Both the position numbers and the translations under genes were made by a program. The notes below the pieces were generated by a model. That model ran no database searches. It was given only the letters and a program-made list of their open reading frames with translations, and had not been told where the DNA came from. Below are positions 37,371 through 51,086 of a stretch of 64,000 nt of DNA, piece by piece. Origin of the DNA: Macrostomum lignano (taxonomy: Eukaryota); the NCBI GenBank assembly GCA_002269645.1, contig NIVC01001853.1, forward strand, positions 62,001 through 126,000. The letters run 5' to 3'. Position 1 is the stretch's first letter. The number at the start of each line of letters is the position of its first letter.

Positions 37371-37959
37371 TTATTCACTGAATAGTCACACATTTATCTT
37401 CTGAGCAGTCCCTGACTTTTATCCAGAGCAGCCTCTGCACACTGCCAAGTACACCCATATTACTACAATACTAAGTCTATACTTATAACTGGAATTCCGC
37501 CAGCTCAAAATGAGCATCTCCCAGAGACCCAAGTAGTTCGCCTTCTAAGAAAGCAGGAAGCCCAGAGCCAAACCTATAACTAACTCCTCGTATTAAAGTA
37601 CAGAGACCGAAAGCCTACCAGCCACTGAGATCGGGGATTACAATCAATCATTTCCCTGCTCTGCTTCGGTATAAACTTTTAACAGCATGCATGCTAGCTA
37701 TATAGGATAAGCCCAAGTCCTGACAATATATCCCAATTCCCAGGAAAACAGCTAGCTTAGCACAGGTATTTTTTACCTTAACTTCCTTCCTTCCCTTTTT
37801 CCTAACTTCATTTTCTGAATTTTTCTTACTTGGCTTTTAGCCGACAATAGCCGTGTGCGCTGAAGCTTGGGGAGATGAGGCATCGATCTGCCGTTCCCAT
37901 CCGCCAGCTCTTAAGGTGACAAAATCGACAGCTTGCATGCGCCTGGCAACTAATCTACT

Positions 37960-38752
37960 GTCTCCCCGTCTCCCTGTGTCTCCCTGTGTCTCACTGTATC
38001 TCCCTGTGTCTCTCTGTGTCTCCCTGTGTCTCCCTGTGTCTCCCTGTGTCTCCCTGTGTCTCACTGTGTCTCCCTGTGTCTCTCTGTGTCTCCCTGTGTC
38101 TCCCTGTGTCTCCCTGTGTCTCCCTGTGTCTCCCTGTGTCTCCCTGTGTCTCCCTGTGTCTCCCTGTGTCTCCCTGTGTCTCCCTGTGTCTCCCTGTGTC
38201 TCCCTGTGTCTCCCTGTGTCTCCCTGTGTCTTCCTGTGTCTCCCTGTGTCTCCCTGTGTCTCCCTGTGTCTCGCTGTGTCTCCCTGTGTCTCCCTGTGTC
38301 TCCCTGTGTCTCCCTGTGTCTCCCTGTGTCTCCCTGTGTCTCCCTGTGTCTCCCTGTGTCTCCCTGTGTCTCCCTGTGTCTCCCTGTGTCTCCCAGTCTC
38401 TCCCTGCCTCTCCCAGTCTCTCCCTGTCTCCCTGTGTCTCCCTGTGTCTCCCTGTCTCTCCCTGTGTCTCCCTGTGTCTCCCTGTGTCTCCCTGTGTCTC
38501 CCTGTGTCTCCATGTGTCTCCATGTGTCTCCATGTGTCTCCCTGTCTCTCCCTGTGTCTCCCTGTGTCTCCATGTGTCTCCCTGTGTCTCCCTGTGTCTC
38601 CATGTGTCTCCATGTGTCTCCATGTGTCTCCCTGTCTCTCCCTGTGTCTCCCTGTGTCTCCCTGTCTCTCCCTGTGTCTCCCTGTGTCTCCCTGTGTCTC
38701 CCTGTGTCTCCCTGTGTCTCCCTGTGTCTCCCTGTCTCTCCCTGTGTCTCCC
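37960..38752. repeat. 10-bp minisatellite (TCCCTGTGTC)n
   Basis: Visible. Confidence 0.96.
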
Positions 38753-39385
38753 AATGGACCTCAATCTACAAAGATATAATATAGAATGTATAAATGTATA
38801 AAATTAAATTTTCAAAGACAGACTAAGCTTCAGTTTCAATGACACTCTTAACCTTAGCTGGGAAAAAAGTACAAATCTAAATTTATCTTACATAAAATTA
38901 GGATTTTATAAAGTTTCATATAAATAAACTTTATATGATATTCTATCAAGAGAAGTGGAGCATTAAAGTTTTCCATTGGTTATAAAGTGCCTCTCAGCTA
39001 GAAGTATTGAACTCCTGCCTCACTATACATATGAATAACACTAAGTACATGCGCTTCGACCCATCTGCATGCAAATTTCCTTCACAACAAACCAATTGAA
39101 TTCCCCATTATACGGAGGGGATTTGAATATTGGCCCATCTTGATGCATTCAATTCTGCGATGCACCGGCACGGATGCCACTTGGCTTGGCAACGGAATTT
39201 GGGCTAATTAATGCTCCCAGCCTGGCAACCCCCAGCTCAAATCCCCTGCTAATTGGCAGCAAACTGCCTTGAGACTGCATTGAGAATCGGTGTGTGATTT
39301 TGCTGGGCGGATGAAGTTACTTAGCTTCACTGGCTGCTTTGACACTGGGTTCACTGTGAGAAAATAGAAAGATTTTAAAACGGAA

Positions 39386-39759
<374 letters not shown>

Positions 39760-39809
39760 CCCAAAAATCTACTCTAAAGCTACCCTAAACCAGAAGCGCC
39801 CATACTGAC

Positions 39810-41376
39810 CATCTGATGAGTTTCCAGTCTCTTCATTCTTTGAATGAAAACCTCCATCCTCATTGTAAACAAGCGAGTCGGAGTTCTTCCTCTCAGAGTT
39901 GGTTTCCTTGACAACTGCTGCTGGAGTTCCCGCAAAGACTAACGGCTTGGAGACCGGTCTGGGCGGTCGGGGCGGCGGCGGCAGAGGACGCTGCTGAGGC
40001 GGTTTTTTGGGCTGCGTTTGAGGTTTCTGAGTCTGTGGTTCAGGTTGCTGAGTCGATAGTTGAGGTTGCTGAGTCTGTGGTTCAGGTTGCTGAGTCGATA
40101 GTTGAGGTTGCTGAGTCTGTGGTTCAGGTTGCTGAGTCGATAGTTGAGGTTGCTGAGTCTGTGGTTCAGGTTGCTGAGTCGAAGGTTGAGGTTGCTGAGT
40201 CTGTTGTTCAGGTTGCTGAGTCGAAGTTTGAGGTTGCTGAGTCTGTTGCTCAGGTTTTTGAGTCGAAGGTTGAGGCTGCTGATTTGGTGTTCGAAGTTGT
40301 TGAGTCGATTTTTGAGGTTGCTGAGCCGACAATTGAGGTTGCTGATTCGGTGGAAATTGCTGATTTCGTAGAGTTTGCTGATTTGTTGTTTTAAATTGCT
40401 GAGTCGATGATTCAGGTTGCTGAGACGATGGTTCAGATTGCTGAGTCGATGGTTCAGATTGCTGAGTCGATGGTTCAGATTGCTGAGTCGATGGTTCAGA
40501 TCGCTGAACAGGAGATTGCGGTAGCGAAGTCGGAGGAGATTGCTGAGTGGGTGTTTGAAGTTTCTGACTCGGAGACTGAGTTTTTTGAGCTGGAGACTGA
40601 CTTAGCTGAGTCATTTGCTCCAGTTTCTGAGTCGGAGGATGTTGAAGTGGCTGAGTTGTGCATTCCTGTTGCTGAGTCGATGGTAACGATTGATTCGCAG
40701 GCTGAACCTGGTGCTCATGCTTCTGGCTTTGAGCCTCTAATTTTTGAAGTTGCTGTGGCGGCGGCAGCTGAGGCGGCGGCGGCAGCTGAGGCGGCGGTGG
40801 CAGCGGAGGCGGCGCAGAGTGCAGCGGTCTTCGACTTGTCTCTCTCAAAGAAGAGCCTCGCTGAGACGGTTGTCTGGCTGGCTGCTGCCTGCGGGACAGG
40901 TGCGCCGGACTCGGGGTCGGGCTGCTGCCAATGCTGGCGGATGCTGAGGCGGCGGAGGCGGCGGCGGCGGCGGCAGCGGCGGCAGCGGCGGATGCAGCGA
41001 CGCTGGCTGCGGCGCCGTCTCGCAGCCGGTCCTCCAGGCTGCGCAGCTTGCCAGCCTGTCTGGCGTTCCGCAGGCTGGGAATCTCGAACGGGATTCGACT
41101 GTCGGCGTTGCGGACTTCGTCGTCCTCAGATTCGTCGTAGTCTTCATCGTCACTGTTGAGATCCCAGTCGCTGAGCACCACCGAGGCGCGCTTGGCGATC
41201 CAGCCGGTGATGCCGCCGAGGTCTGGCAGCGGTTCGCTGGCGCCCCCGTCGCCACCGCTCCCGGCGATGCCATCTTCGCCATCTTCCGCTGTGTCATCGA
41301 ACAGGTTCAAGGACGCCGACGAGAGCGCCTTGGTGGCGCGGAACACCTGGCCGAATTTGTTCCAGTAGCCAGACAT
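39810..41376 (-). CDS. Putative alternative first coding exon of a short dystrophin isoform (522-aa unique acidic/Ala/Pro/Gln-rich N-terminus)
   Basis: aaaaATG start (MSGYWNKFGQVFRATKAL...), an uninterrupted 1567-nt frame, and a strong G|gtcagt phase-1 donor. That phase matches both the 47370 donor and the 31978 acceptor. No spectrin similarity. Confidence 0.65.
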
Positions 41377-42014
41377 TTTTGTGTCCGTCCGACTTGTCCG
41401 GTTACAGACTGTCCGAGCGAGGGCCCTTGGGCTGCTTTTTAACTTTCCTCCCTCCTGCTTTCGGCTAGCAACTAAAGCTCGCGGGACAGATCGGCGATTG
41501 GAGGAGGCGGAGACGAATCTGGAAATCTCCACGCCGGTCCCAGTTGCCAGCTGCAGTGTGTCATGTTTAACCCCAGCTGCGACAAGTGGCTGGACATCGG
41601 GTCTATAGGAAGTTTCGCGTGTATATGCATATATGCTTTGTGCTATATGCCTGTTCGTGCATATTTTTTCGTTAAAAACAGTTTGCCCTGTTGGCAACAA
41701 AAAAGACGTGAAGAAGATGAGAGAGCCGGAGAGCCAAGAAGGTTGCTTAGAGGCTGTTGTGCATATAGTGAGTACACACAGATTTCAAGTGACCCAACCA
41801 CACTGCTTCAGCGATTCCCTAGGAGCCTCTCTCGTTCCCCCCTCTCTCTCTCTCTCCTCTTCTCCTCTCCGCTCATCATCTCTTCTAAACCCCCTCGCTT
41901 CATTTCAGTAGCTTCTGGAAAATCAGTTTACCCAGTTATGATATCATGGGTGTGGGTAGATGACCGAGCCTGCATGTGCTGACTGTGTGTGCGTGACACT
42001 GTCTGACTGTCTGT

Positions 42015-42415
42015 CTCCCGGTGTCTCCTAGTCTCTCCCTGTCTCTCCCAGTCTCTCCCAGTCTCTCCCTGTGTCTCCCAGTCTCTCCCAGTCTCTCCCA
42101 GTCTCTCCCAGTCTCTCCCTGTGTCTCCCAGTCTCTCCCAGTCTCTCCCAGTCTCTCCCTGTCTCTCCCAGTCTCTCCCTGTGTCTCCCTGTGTCTCCCA
42201 GTCTCTCCCTGTCTCTCCCTGTCTCTCCCAGTCTCTCCCTGTCTCTCCCTGTGTCTCCCAGTCTCTCCCTGTGTCTCCCTGTCTCTCCCAGTCTCTCCCA
42301 GTCTCTCCCAGTCTCTCCCAGTCTCTCCCAGTCTCTCCCAGTCTCTCCCAGTCTCTCCCAGTCTCTCCCAGTCTCTCCCAGTCTCTCCCAGTCTCTCCCA
42401 GTCCCTCCCAGTCTC
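42015..42415. repeat. 10-bp minisatellite (GTCTCTCCCA)n
   Basis: Visible. Confidence 0.95.
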
Positions 42416-43234
42416 TTCTTGTCTCTCTTCCCTCATGCATGCTAGGGAAGAAAAAATCGTGGTCGACCAGCCAGATGTTGATAAAGCGCCTTATCTACTT
42501 TTTTAGATCATTGTCTCATAGGTAATCCTACAATCCCTGAACTACTGGTAAATAACTCTGGATGCAAACTATAGCAATCTAGCGATCTCAGCTAGACTCA
42601 TACTCCTATTGCACTAGCAGCTAAGCCGAAAATCGTCACCGCAAATCGTAACAATAATATTAGATTGGACACGCACTTTATAGCGTAGGCAGGCCACAGG
42701 CTCTACTAGCATTTCCCTGCTCATACAAAAAAACTAGAAACTATATCGGTTAACTACACACAGGGATCAGCTCCCTTACCCTCCGGCTCGGCTCTGAGAA
42801 GCAAAAGAAAATTATTCTGTCTATCGATTATCGAACCTTGTTGAGATTCCCGCCACTGCTGCTCTGCTGAAACCTCTCTACTGTTTTTTGCTTTTACATT
42901 GCATATAATTATCAAAAGAATGACAGCAAGCTAAAACGGATAAAAGGCTAACATCGCGGGCAGGAAAACCTACTAATGCTTGAGTCCAAAATGTATCAAA
43001 GATAGCTGGACACAGAATTTGTCTGTCTGGCTGTTTCTTTCATGCATCAGTTGAGTTTTTGGCTTTTAGATGGCGGTTAAAAGGATTCTGATTGGTTCAA
43101 ACAGACGCTGCTGAGAGCAGTCTAGAAAATCTTTGAACACATCCCAGCATGTACATCAGAAGCCTAACTGGCTGATTGTACAGTGCTTCAAGTCATGTAC
43201 GAGCTTAGGAGAAGACCCCGTCAACCCTATTTCC

Positions 43235-43830
43235 TTGACCTTGAAAATCAACCACCTCACCTCGTGCGACCTTGAAAACGGCGTACACAAATTTCCTGAT
43301 AACATTTACAGACTGCGTAGAAATCTCCACTGAATGTACACTTCACCAACCTCACTGCATGACCTTGAAAACAGCGTGCATGCAATTCTGTTCATTAACA
43401 GGCTACCGAGAAATCTCCACACACTGTACATTTTACCCACCTCACTCCACGTGACCTTGAAAACAGAGTGCATGCAATTCAGTTCATTAACAGGCTACCG
43501 TGAAATCTCCACACACTGTACATTTTACCCACCTCACTCCACGTGACCTTGAAAACAGTGTACAGACAATTCAGTTCATTAACAGGCTACCGTGAAATCT
43601 CCACACACTGTACATTTTACCCACCTCACTCCATGACCTTGAAAACAGTGTACAGACAATTCAGTTCATTAACAGGCTGAAGGGAAATCTCCACACACTG
43701 TACACTTCACCAACCTCACTCCAGTGACCTTGAAAACAGCGTACACGCTATTCAGTTTATTAACTGGCTACCGGGAAATCTCCACACACTTAACACTTCA
43801 CCCACCTTACTCCATGACCTTGAAAACAAC
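43235..43830. repeat. ~91-bp tandem repeat, ~6.5 copies
   Basis: GACCTTGAAAA recurs at ~43267, 43360, 43452, 43544, 43634, 43725 and 43815. Confidence 0.9.
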
Positions 43831-44709
43831 CAACCAAAGAAGCTGAAGTATCATGCGTCGAGCCTCTAAAAGGAAAAGTACAAAAAGAAAGTGACGATCC
43901 AATCCGTCTCAGTCACTCTCTGCACCAGGCCAGAGCGGCAGCCTCAGCTTCGGACCCCGAGATTCATATCTGCCTAGAAAATTGGAAATGATCGAATGAA
44001 TGCCAGGCCCAGATCTCGGCATGGCCTGATCACGCGGTGGAGATTGGGCCGAGCGGGGATAATGGAATGCATAGCGAGAAAGAGAACAGAACGACAGATT
44101 GCAGTTTTTATGCGCGAGACTCCCCCATGCTCCTCAGTTCAGCCATTAATTCCTTCATCTTCCCCTTCCCGCTCAGAAGATGAGACAGCCGAGAAGTTTA
44201 GAAATGCTACCAACGGCCTCTGAGCAGCCGTTCTCAAAAGTGAAAATCTCCCCAGAAATTCTCCCCCCTTCATTTTCATCCGGGGGGGGGGGGCTGATCG
44301 TTGAGCAAATCCCAGTCCTGAGGCATTATCCATCTCAGAGCTCGGCTCTCCTGATATAGTAATCAGCTCAACGATGTCCAATGTTAAAGTAATGTTCTTT
44401 CTCCGGGCACCGCTTCGGTCTTGTTATCTTAGCGATTATGGTTTTAGAGAGGAGTTCAGTTTTGACAGGATGAGCGCTGCCCATCGATGCTTGCTTGAGC
44501 AATATTTAACTGCTCAATATTCTGTCGGCTCCTCGGGCGGGACCGGGGACCAGCAGCTCAGATTCTGTCAATTTGTCAATGCTCATTTTTTAAATTCAAG
44601 TTCGCGTATTACGTGATGTGCGTCTGAAAAATATTGAGTGAATTTTTATGTAGAAAAACTACTCGGGATTTGAATTTGCGTGACGGTGAGGTCCGGCTGT
44701 AGAAATGGC

Positions 44710-44836
44710 TAACTGACTAACTAAGTAACTAACTAACTAACTAACTAACTAGCTAACTAACTAACTAACTAGCTAACTAACTAGCTAACTAACTAACTAA
44801 CTAGCTAACTAACTAGCTAACTAACTAACTAACTAG

Positions 44837-44872
<36 letters not shown>

Positions 44873-44873
44873 A

Positions 44874-44908
<35 letters not shown>

Positions 44909-44912
44909 ACTG

Positions 44913-44949
<37 letters not shown>

Positions 44950-44957
44950 ACTGACTG

Positions 44958-45022
<65 letters not shown>

Positions 45023-45026
45023 ACTG

Positions 45027-45059
<33 letters not shown>

Positions 45060-45067
45060 ACTGACTG

Positions 45068-45098
<31 letters not shown>

Positions 45099-45124
45099 GA
45101 CTAACTAACTAGCTAACTAACTAG

Positions 45125-45178
<54 letters not shown>

Positions 45179-45192
45179 GACTAACTAACTAG

Positions 45193-45235
<43 letters not shown>

Positions 45236-45236
45236 G

Positions 45237-45279
<43 letters not shown>

Positions 45280-45356
45280 GCTAACTAACTAACTAACTAG
45301 CTAACTAACTAGCTAACTAACTAACTGACTAACTAACTAGCTAACTAACTAACTAG

Positions 45357-45391
<35 letters not shown>

Positions 45392-45500
45392 GCTAACTAA
45401 CTAACTAACTAGCTAACTAACTAGCTAACTAACTCACTAACTGACGAACTAACTAACTAGCTAACTAACTAGCTAACTAACTAACTGACTAACTAACTAG

Positions 45501-45543
<43 letters not shown>

Positions 45544-45628
45544 GCTAAATAACTAACTCACTAACTGACGAACTAACTAACTAGCTAACTAACTAGCTAA
45601 CTAACTAACTAACTAGCTAACTAACTAG

Positions 45629-45667
<39 letters not shown>

Positions 45668-45732
45668 GCTAACTAACTAACTAACTAGCTAACTAACTAG
45701 CTAACTAACTAACTAACTAGCTAACTAACTAG

Positions 45733-45796
<64 letters not shown>

Positions 45797-45797
45797 A

Positions 45798-45832
<35 letters not shown>

Positions 45833-45845
45833 ACTGACTAACTAG

Positions 45846-45885
<40 letters not shown>

Positions 45886-45893
45886 ACTGACTG

Positions 45894-45966
<73 letters not shown>

Positions 45967-45970
45967 ACTG

Positions 45971-46003
<33 letters not shown>

Positions 46004-46011
46004 ACTGACTG

Positions 46012-46104
<93 letters not shown>

Positions 46105-46185
46105 ATAACTAAACTGACTAACTAACTAACTAACTAACTAACTATCTAACTAAGTAACGAACTAACCAAGTAACTAAATAATTAA
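44710..46185. repeat. (CTAA)n microsatellite, ~1.5 kb
   Basis: Visible. Confidence 0.98.
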
Positions 46186-46849
46186 CTCTTTCAGAAATGC
46201 CTGCGCCAACGAATCTGAAAAATTCCGCAGAAATTTAAAAGAAAGTTCGCTTGCAGCTTCACAGCCTCATCAGTCTTTAAAAGTATTCCCAAAGGATTCA
46301 AACGAGGAGGCGAGACAGAGAATGCCAATGGACTCGGCTAAATTACTCTTGGGTTACTCAGCCTGGATAGGTCCCGGGGTCGACTCAAACTGATGAAAGT
46401 TGCAGCCCCAACTCCCCAGCATTACTGGATTAGTTACCATCCCACTGTTGAAGCGGATTAGAGTCGTCGATAGTAAAAGTACATAGCCAATTTTTTTCTA
46501 TATCTCAAAGCGTCCAAGAGCTCCCGAGAATTGCATATCAAATTTTCTTTGCCCTTCTCTATGCCCTTTGCGTGGTGGAGTCCTGCTCAAAGTGTAATAC
46601 CGCACTGGGCGGTTCTCAAAGCAAACGAGAAGGTAACAGTGCAGTGGATTATGATTAAAAGTCAATGGAGAATTTCCCTTCTTGCTTCCTCACAGAGTAA
46701 TACACAGAGTATTTCCAACCTACACAACAGCGTCGCAAGCACAATGTACCACTGTGTGGGGCTTATAGCTTTAAATGCAGATTCTCCACTTGAATTGAAT
46801 GAACTGGTTACTTCTGAACACTCAGGTGCAAACACATGACACACTCGTG

Positions 46850-47345
46850 TCTAACAGGTGTAACTGTTCTCTGTCTAACGGGTAGCACACTCGTCGTGTC
46901 TAACAAGTGACACACTCCTGTCTAACAGGTGACACACTCCTGTCTAACAGGTAAGACACTCCTGTCTAACAGGTAACACACTCCTGTCTAACAGGTGACA
47001 AACTCCTGTCTAACAGGTGACACACTAATCGTGTCTAACAGGTGACACACTCCCGTCTAACAGGTGACACACACTCCTATCTAACAGGTGACACACACTC
47101 CTGTCTAACAGGTGACACACTCCTGTCTAACAGGTGACTCACTCCTGTCTAACAGGTGACACACTTCTGTCTAACAGGTGACACACTTCTGTCTAACAGG
47201 TGACACACTTCTGTCAAACAGGTGACACACTTCTGTCTAACAGGTGACACACTCCTGTCTAACAGGTGACACACTCCTGTCTAACAGGTGACACACTCCT
47301 GTCTAACAGGTGACACACTCCTGTCTAACAGGTGACACTCCTGTC
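46850..47345. repeat. 22-bp minisatellite (TCTAACAGGTGACACACTCCTG)n
   Basis: Visible. Confidence 0.95.
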
Positions 47346-47369
47346 TAACATTCAGCCACACCCTCTCAC

Positions 47370-47538
47370 CCAGGGCGGCATTAGCAGACTCGGGTTTCCG
47401 TCTCAGCGTTGCTTTCACCTCGCGCAGACTCTGCCTGTGACGGGTGTCCAGCTCAGTCAGCAATGATTTCGCTTTAGCCAGAGCTTCGGCAGGCGAGAGG
47501 CTGTCGAGACTGCCCACCGATTGTTGGGATAACTCGGA
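47370..47538 (-). CDS. DMD: Dystrophin exon (spectrin repeat)
   Basis: catcag|TCC...AEALAKAKSLLTELDTRHRQSLREVK...NAAL G|gtgaga. Phase 0->1. Confidence 0.8.
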
Positions 47539-47869
47539 CTGATGGAGTATTGAAAAGTAATAATAGGACGTGTAAGTCAATTTCATTGAATTTCGGATTT
47601 AATAATTAAGCAAAAAATAGTTACTAATTCCGAACTGCACTACTCATTGGCTTTTTTTAGTAGTAGCCGCACAAAAAATGAAAATTGAAGTAATTTTCAA
47701 TGGCATATCTTTGTATTCAGTCTCAAATTACTGGCAACGTTTAGGTAAGTAAAGATAAAAGAATATTTTTTTTAAATTTCCCAAAAAACAGTTGCTAGTG
47801 GCACCGAGGGGTTTATTCGGTCAAATAATTGTTGCTAAAAGTGCCAAACTGGCAATAAAAGATGCTAAA

Positions 47870-48240
47870 ATGGTTGTCGAGGACGCCTAAGTAGTCATCA
47901 AGGATGCGTAAAAGGTCGTCAAGGACACCTAAGTGGTTGTCAAAGACGCCTAAAAAGTCGTCAAGGACGCCTCAAAGGTCGTCAAGGACGCCTAAGTGGT
48001 TGTCAAAGACGCCTAAAAAGTCATCAGGGATGCCTCAAAGGTCGTCAAGGACGCCTCCTAAGCGGTTGTCAAAGACGCCTAAAAAGTCATCAGGGATGCC
48101 TCAAAGGTCGTCAAGGACGCCTCCTAAGCGGTTGTCAAAGACGCCTAAAAGGTCGTCAAGGACGCCTACATGTAAGGGTTTGTCCAAATGAAGACCAAAG
48201 CGGTTGTCAATGACGCAAAAAACAGTCGTCAAGGACACCA
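47870..48240. repeat. ~21-bp degenerate repeat (GTCGTCAAGGACGCCTAAAAA)n
   Basis: Visible. Confidence 0.85.
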
Positions 48241-48253
48241 ACAACAAACTCAC

Positions 48254-48560
48254 GTCGTCTCCGTCGAAAATCCGACCAATTACGACGCGTTGACTGGTAA
48301 GAAAAGCCTGCGACCTTTCTAACCACTCGGCTACTGGCTGGTGCTTCAGCTTCTGATCATCTCGCTGTTTCTGCTGCTGCTGCTGATGCTTCTCCTGCTG
48401 CACCTGCTGCTGACGGACTTCTTTCACTTCCTCGGAGCACACAGCCGCTCGAAGCTCCATCAATTGGAGCCAGTTTTGCTCCAGCTCGCTGAGACGGCGT
48501 CGCATCTCGTCTGAGGATTTCAGCTGGCGCTTTGGATGCTGCTGCTGGGTGCCTGAGCAG
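48254..48560 (-). CDS. DMD: Dystrophin exon (spectrin repeat)
   Basis: ttcag|C acceptor. EMRRRLSELEQNWLQL...VAEWLERSQAFL...GDD|gtgagt. Phase 2->0. Confidence 0.85.
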
Positions 48561-48659
48561 CTGAAGTTTGAGGCAGTTTACATAGAATTAGCTGGATGCT
48601 AATGAATGCATGTCACTGACATTTAACCTGGATAGATTCATGGGTAATTCTCATGGCGA

Positions 48660-49160
48660 TCCCTTAGTGTCGATTTTGAAGGGCGATTTCTTAGCGGTAA
48701 TTCTAAATGGGCGATTCTAAAAGGGTGATTCTTAAAGGGTGATTCTAAAGGGGTGATTCTGAAAAGGCGATTCTTAGGGACGATTTCTTAGGGGCGATTC
48801 TTAGGGACGATTTCTTAGGGGCGATTCTTAGGGACGATTTCTTAGGGGCGATTCTTAGGGACGATTTCTTAGGGGCGATTCTTAGGGGTGAGTCTTAAAA
48901 GGCGGTTATAAAAGGGCGATTCTTAGGGGCGATTTTTAGAGCTCTTTTTTACGGCGATTCTAAAATAACGATTTTAGGGGTGATTCTAAAGAGGTGATTC
49001 TAAAAGGGCGATTATTCTAAAAGGGCCATTTTAAGGGGCAATTCTTGAGGGGTGATTCTAAAGGGTTGTTTCTTAGTGGCGATTTTTACGGGTGGTTCCT
49101 TAGGCGATTCTAGATAGCGATTATGTGGGCCAATTTTAAAGGGGCGATTCTAAAGCGAGG
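48660..49160. repeat. ~14-bp degenerate repeat (GGGCGATTCTTAGG)n
   Basis: Visible. Confidence 0.85.
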
Positions 49161-49321
49161 ACAGATTAACAGCAAAGGAGGCAGGCAGCTGTGCTCACTC
49201 CGTGCACACGGCACGTACGGACGCAAGCACACGTGCTCAGACAGGGGGTACAGCAGCCCCGACTAGCTCATCGGCAGTGTACACATTGTGCACCCTCTGT
49301 GATTTGAGTTTCGGCACTCAC

Positions 49322-49614
49322 CTGGCAGGATCCCGCCAATCTGGTTGGGTCACATGATCCAGCTGCTCTCTCAGCCGCTGCATTGAGTCGGTGCGTTGAG
49401 TCCACGCTTCATCATCAATGTCCGCCAGCTGCAGCCGCTGCTCAGCAGACATGTCAGAGGCCGCCGCTGGAGGCGAGCTCACCAGCTGGGCTCGCGTCCA
49501 CGCCGTCAGGTCGTTGATGTCGGTGAGTAGCGACTCCAGCTGGCTCACTGAGTGCTCCAGTGCGAGCTGACGGTCTGAGAAGACCTGCTGCAGCCGACGG
49601 TACTCAGTGCTGGC
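49322..49614 (-). CDS. DMD: Dystrophin exon (spectrin repeat)
   Basis: cccag|GCC...EYRRLQQVFSDRQLALEHSVSQLESLLTDINDLTAW...DPA AG|gtgagt. Phase 0->2. Confidence 0.87.
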
Positions 49615-49637
49615 CTGGGGTGAATGAGGGATTCCGT

Positions 49638-50646
49638 CTGACACTGACTGACACTGACTGACACTGACTGACACTATCTGACACTATCTGACACTATCTG
49701 ACACTATCTGACACTATCTGACACTATCTGACACTATCTGACACTATCTGACACTATCTGACACTATCTGACACTGACACTGACTGACACTGACTGACAC
49801 TATCTGACACTATCTGACACTATCTGACACTATCTGACACTATCTGACACTATCTGACACTGACACTGACTGACACTGACTGACACTATCTGACACTATC
49901 TGACACTATCTGACACTATCTGACACTATCTGACACTATCTGACACTATCTGACACTATCTGACACTGACTGACACTGACTGACACTGACTGACACTATC
50001 TGACACTATCTGACACTATCTGACACTATCTGACACTATCTGACACTATCTGACACTATCTGACACTATCTGACACTATCTGACACTATCTGACACTATC
50101 TGACACTATCTGACACTATCTGACACTATCTGACACTATCTGACACTGACACTGACTGACACTGACTGACACTATCTGACACTATCTGACACTATCTGAC
50201 ACTATCTGACACTATCTGACACTATCTGACACTGACACTGACTGACACTGACTGACACTATCTGACACTATCTGACACTATCTGACACTATCTGACACTA
50301 TCTGACACTATCTGACACTATCTGACACTATCTGACACTATCTGACACTATCTGACACTATCTGACACTATCTGACACTATCTGACACTATCTGACACTA
50401 TCTGACACTATCTGACACTATCTGACACTATCTGACACTGACACTGACTGACACTGACTGACACTATCTGACACTATCTGACACTATCTTGCACTATCTG
50501 ACACTATCTGACACTATCTGACACTGACACTGACTGACACTGACTGACACTATCTGACACTATCTGACACTATCTGACACTATCTGACACTGACTGACAC
50601 TGACTGACACTGACTGGCACTGACTGACACTGACTGACACTGACTG
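49638..50646. repeat. 10-bp minisatellite (TGACACTATC)n
   Basis: Visible. Confidence 0.97.
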
Positions 50647-50710
50647 GGATCGTATTGCTCGCACATTAAATAACATGAAAGAATCCCATTTCTAAGAATG
50701 CAAGATTCAC

Positions 50711-51086
50711 CTCATCCAGCCGATCCCGGATCTCCTCAGCCTCCTCAACATCCGCTTTGCCGGCGGAATCCTTCCCGTTGACCTCCGCAGAAGCGACTGC
50801 GCCATTCCCGCAGCCTCCAGCAGCCGCAGCCTCATCTTGAAGAGCCTTCAACCGAATTCCCTCAGCTTCCAGGCCGATCTGCAGAGCTTCGAATCGAGCT
50901 TGCACTTTTCTCAAGCCGGGCAAATCGTCCCAGTGGGTCAGGCCTGACAGCCAGGTCTCGGCCTCTGCCGCTGCACCGCCGGCGTCGCGGAGCCAGGTGA
51001 GACAGGCATCCAGAGATGCTGCCAGCTTGGCGGTCTTCAGTGGCTGACTCTGGCGCTCCACCTGCTGTTCCTGTGATGCATCGGTG
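50711..51086 (-). CDS. DMD: Dystrophin exon (spectrin repeat); most 5' exon I can identify in the window
   Basis: ctgcag|C acceptor. LAASLDACLTWL...DDLPGLRKVQARFEALQIGLE...IRDRLDE|gtgaat. Phase 2->0. Confidence 0.85.

Noticed and set aside
44710-46185. Interstitial telomeric repeat
   Set aside because: The unit is TTAG, not TTAGGG or TTAGG.
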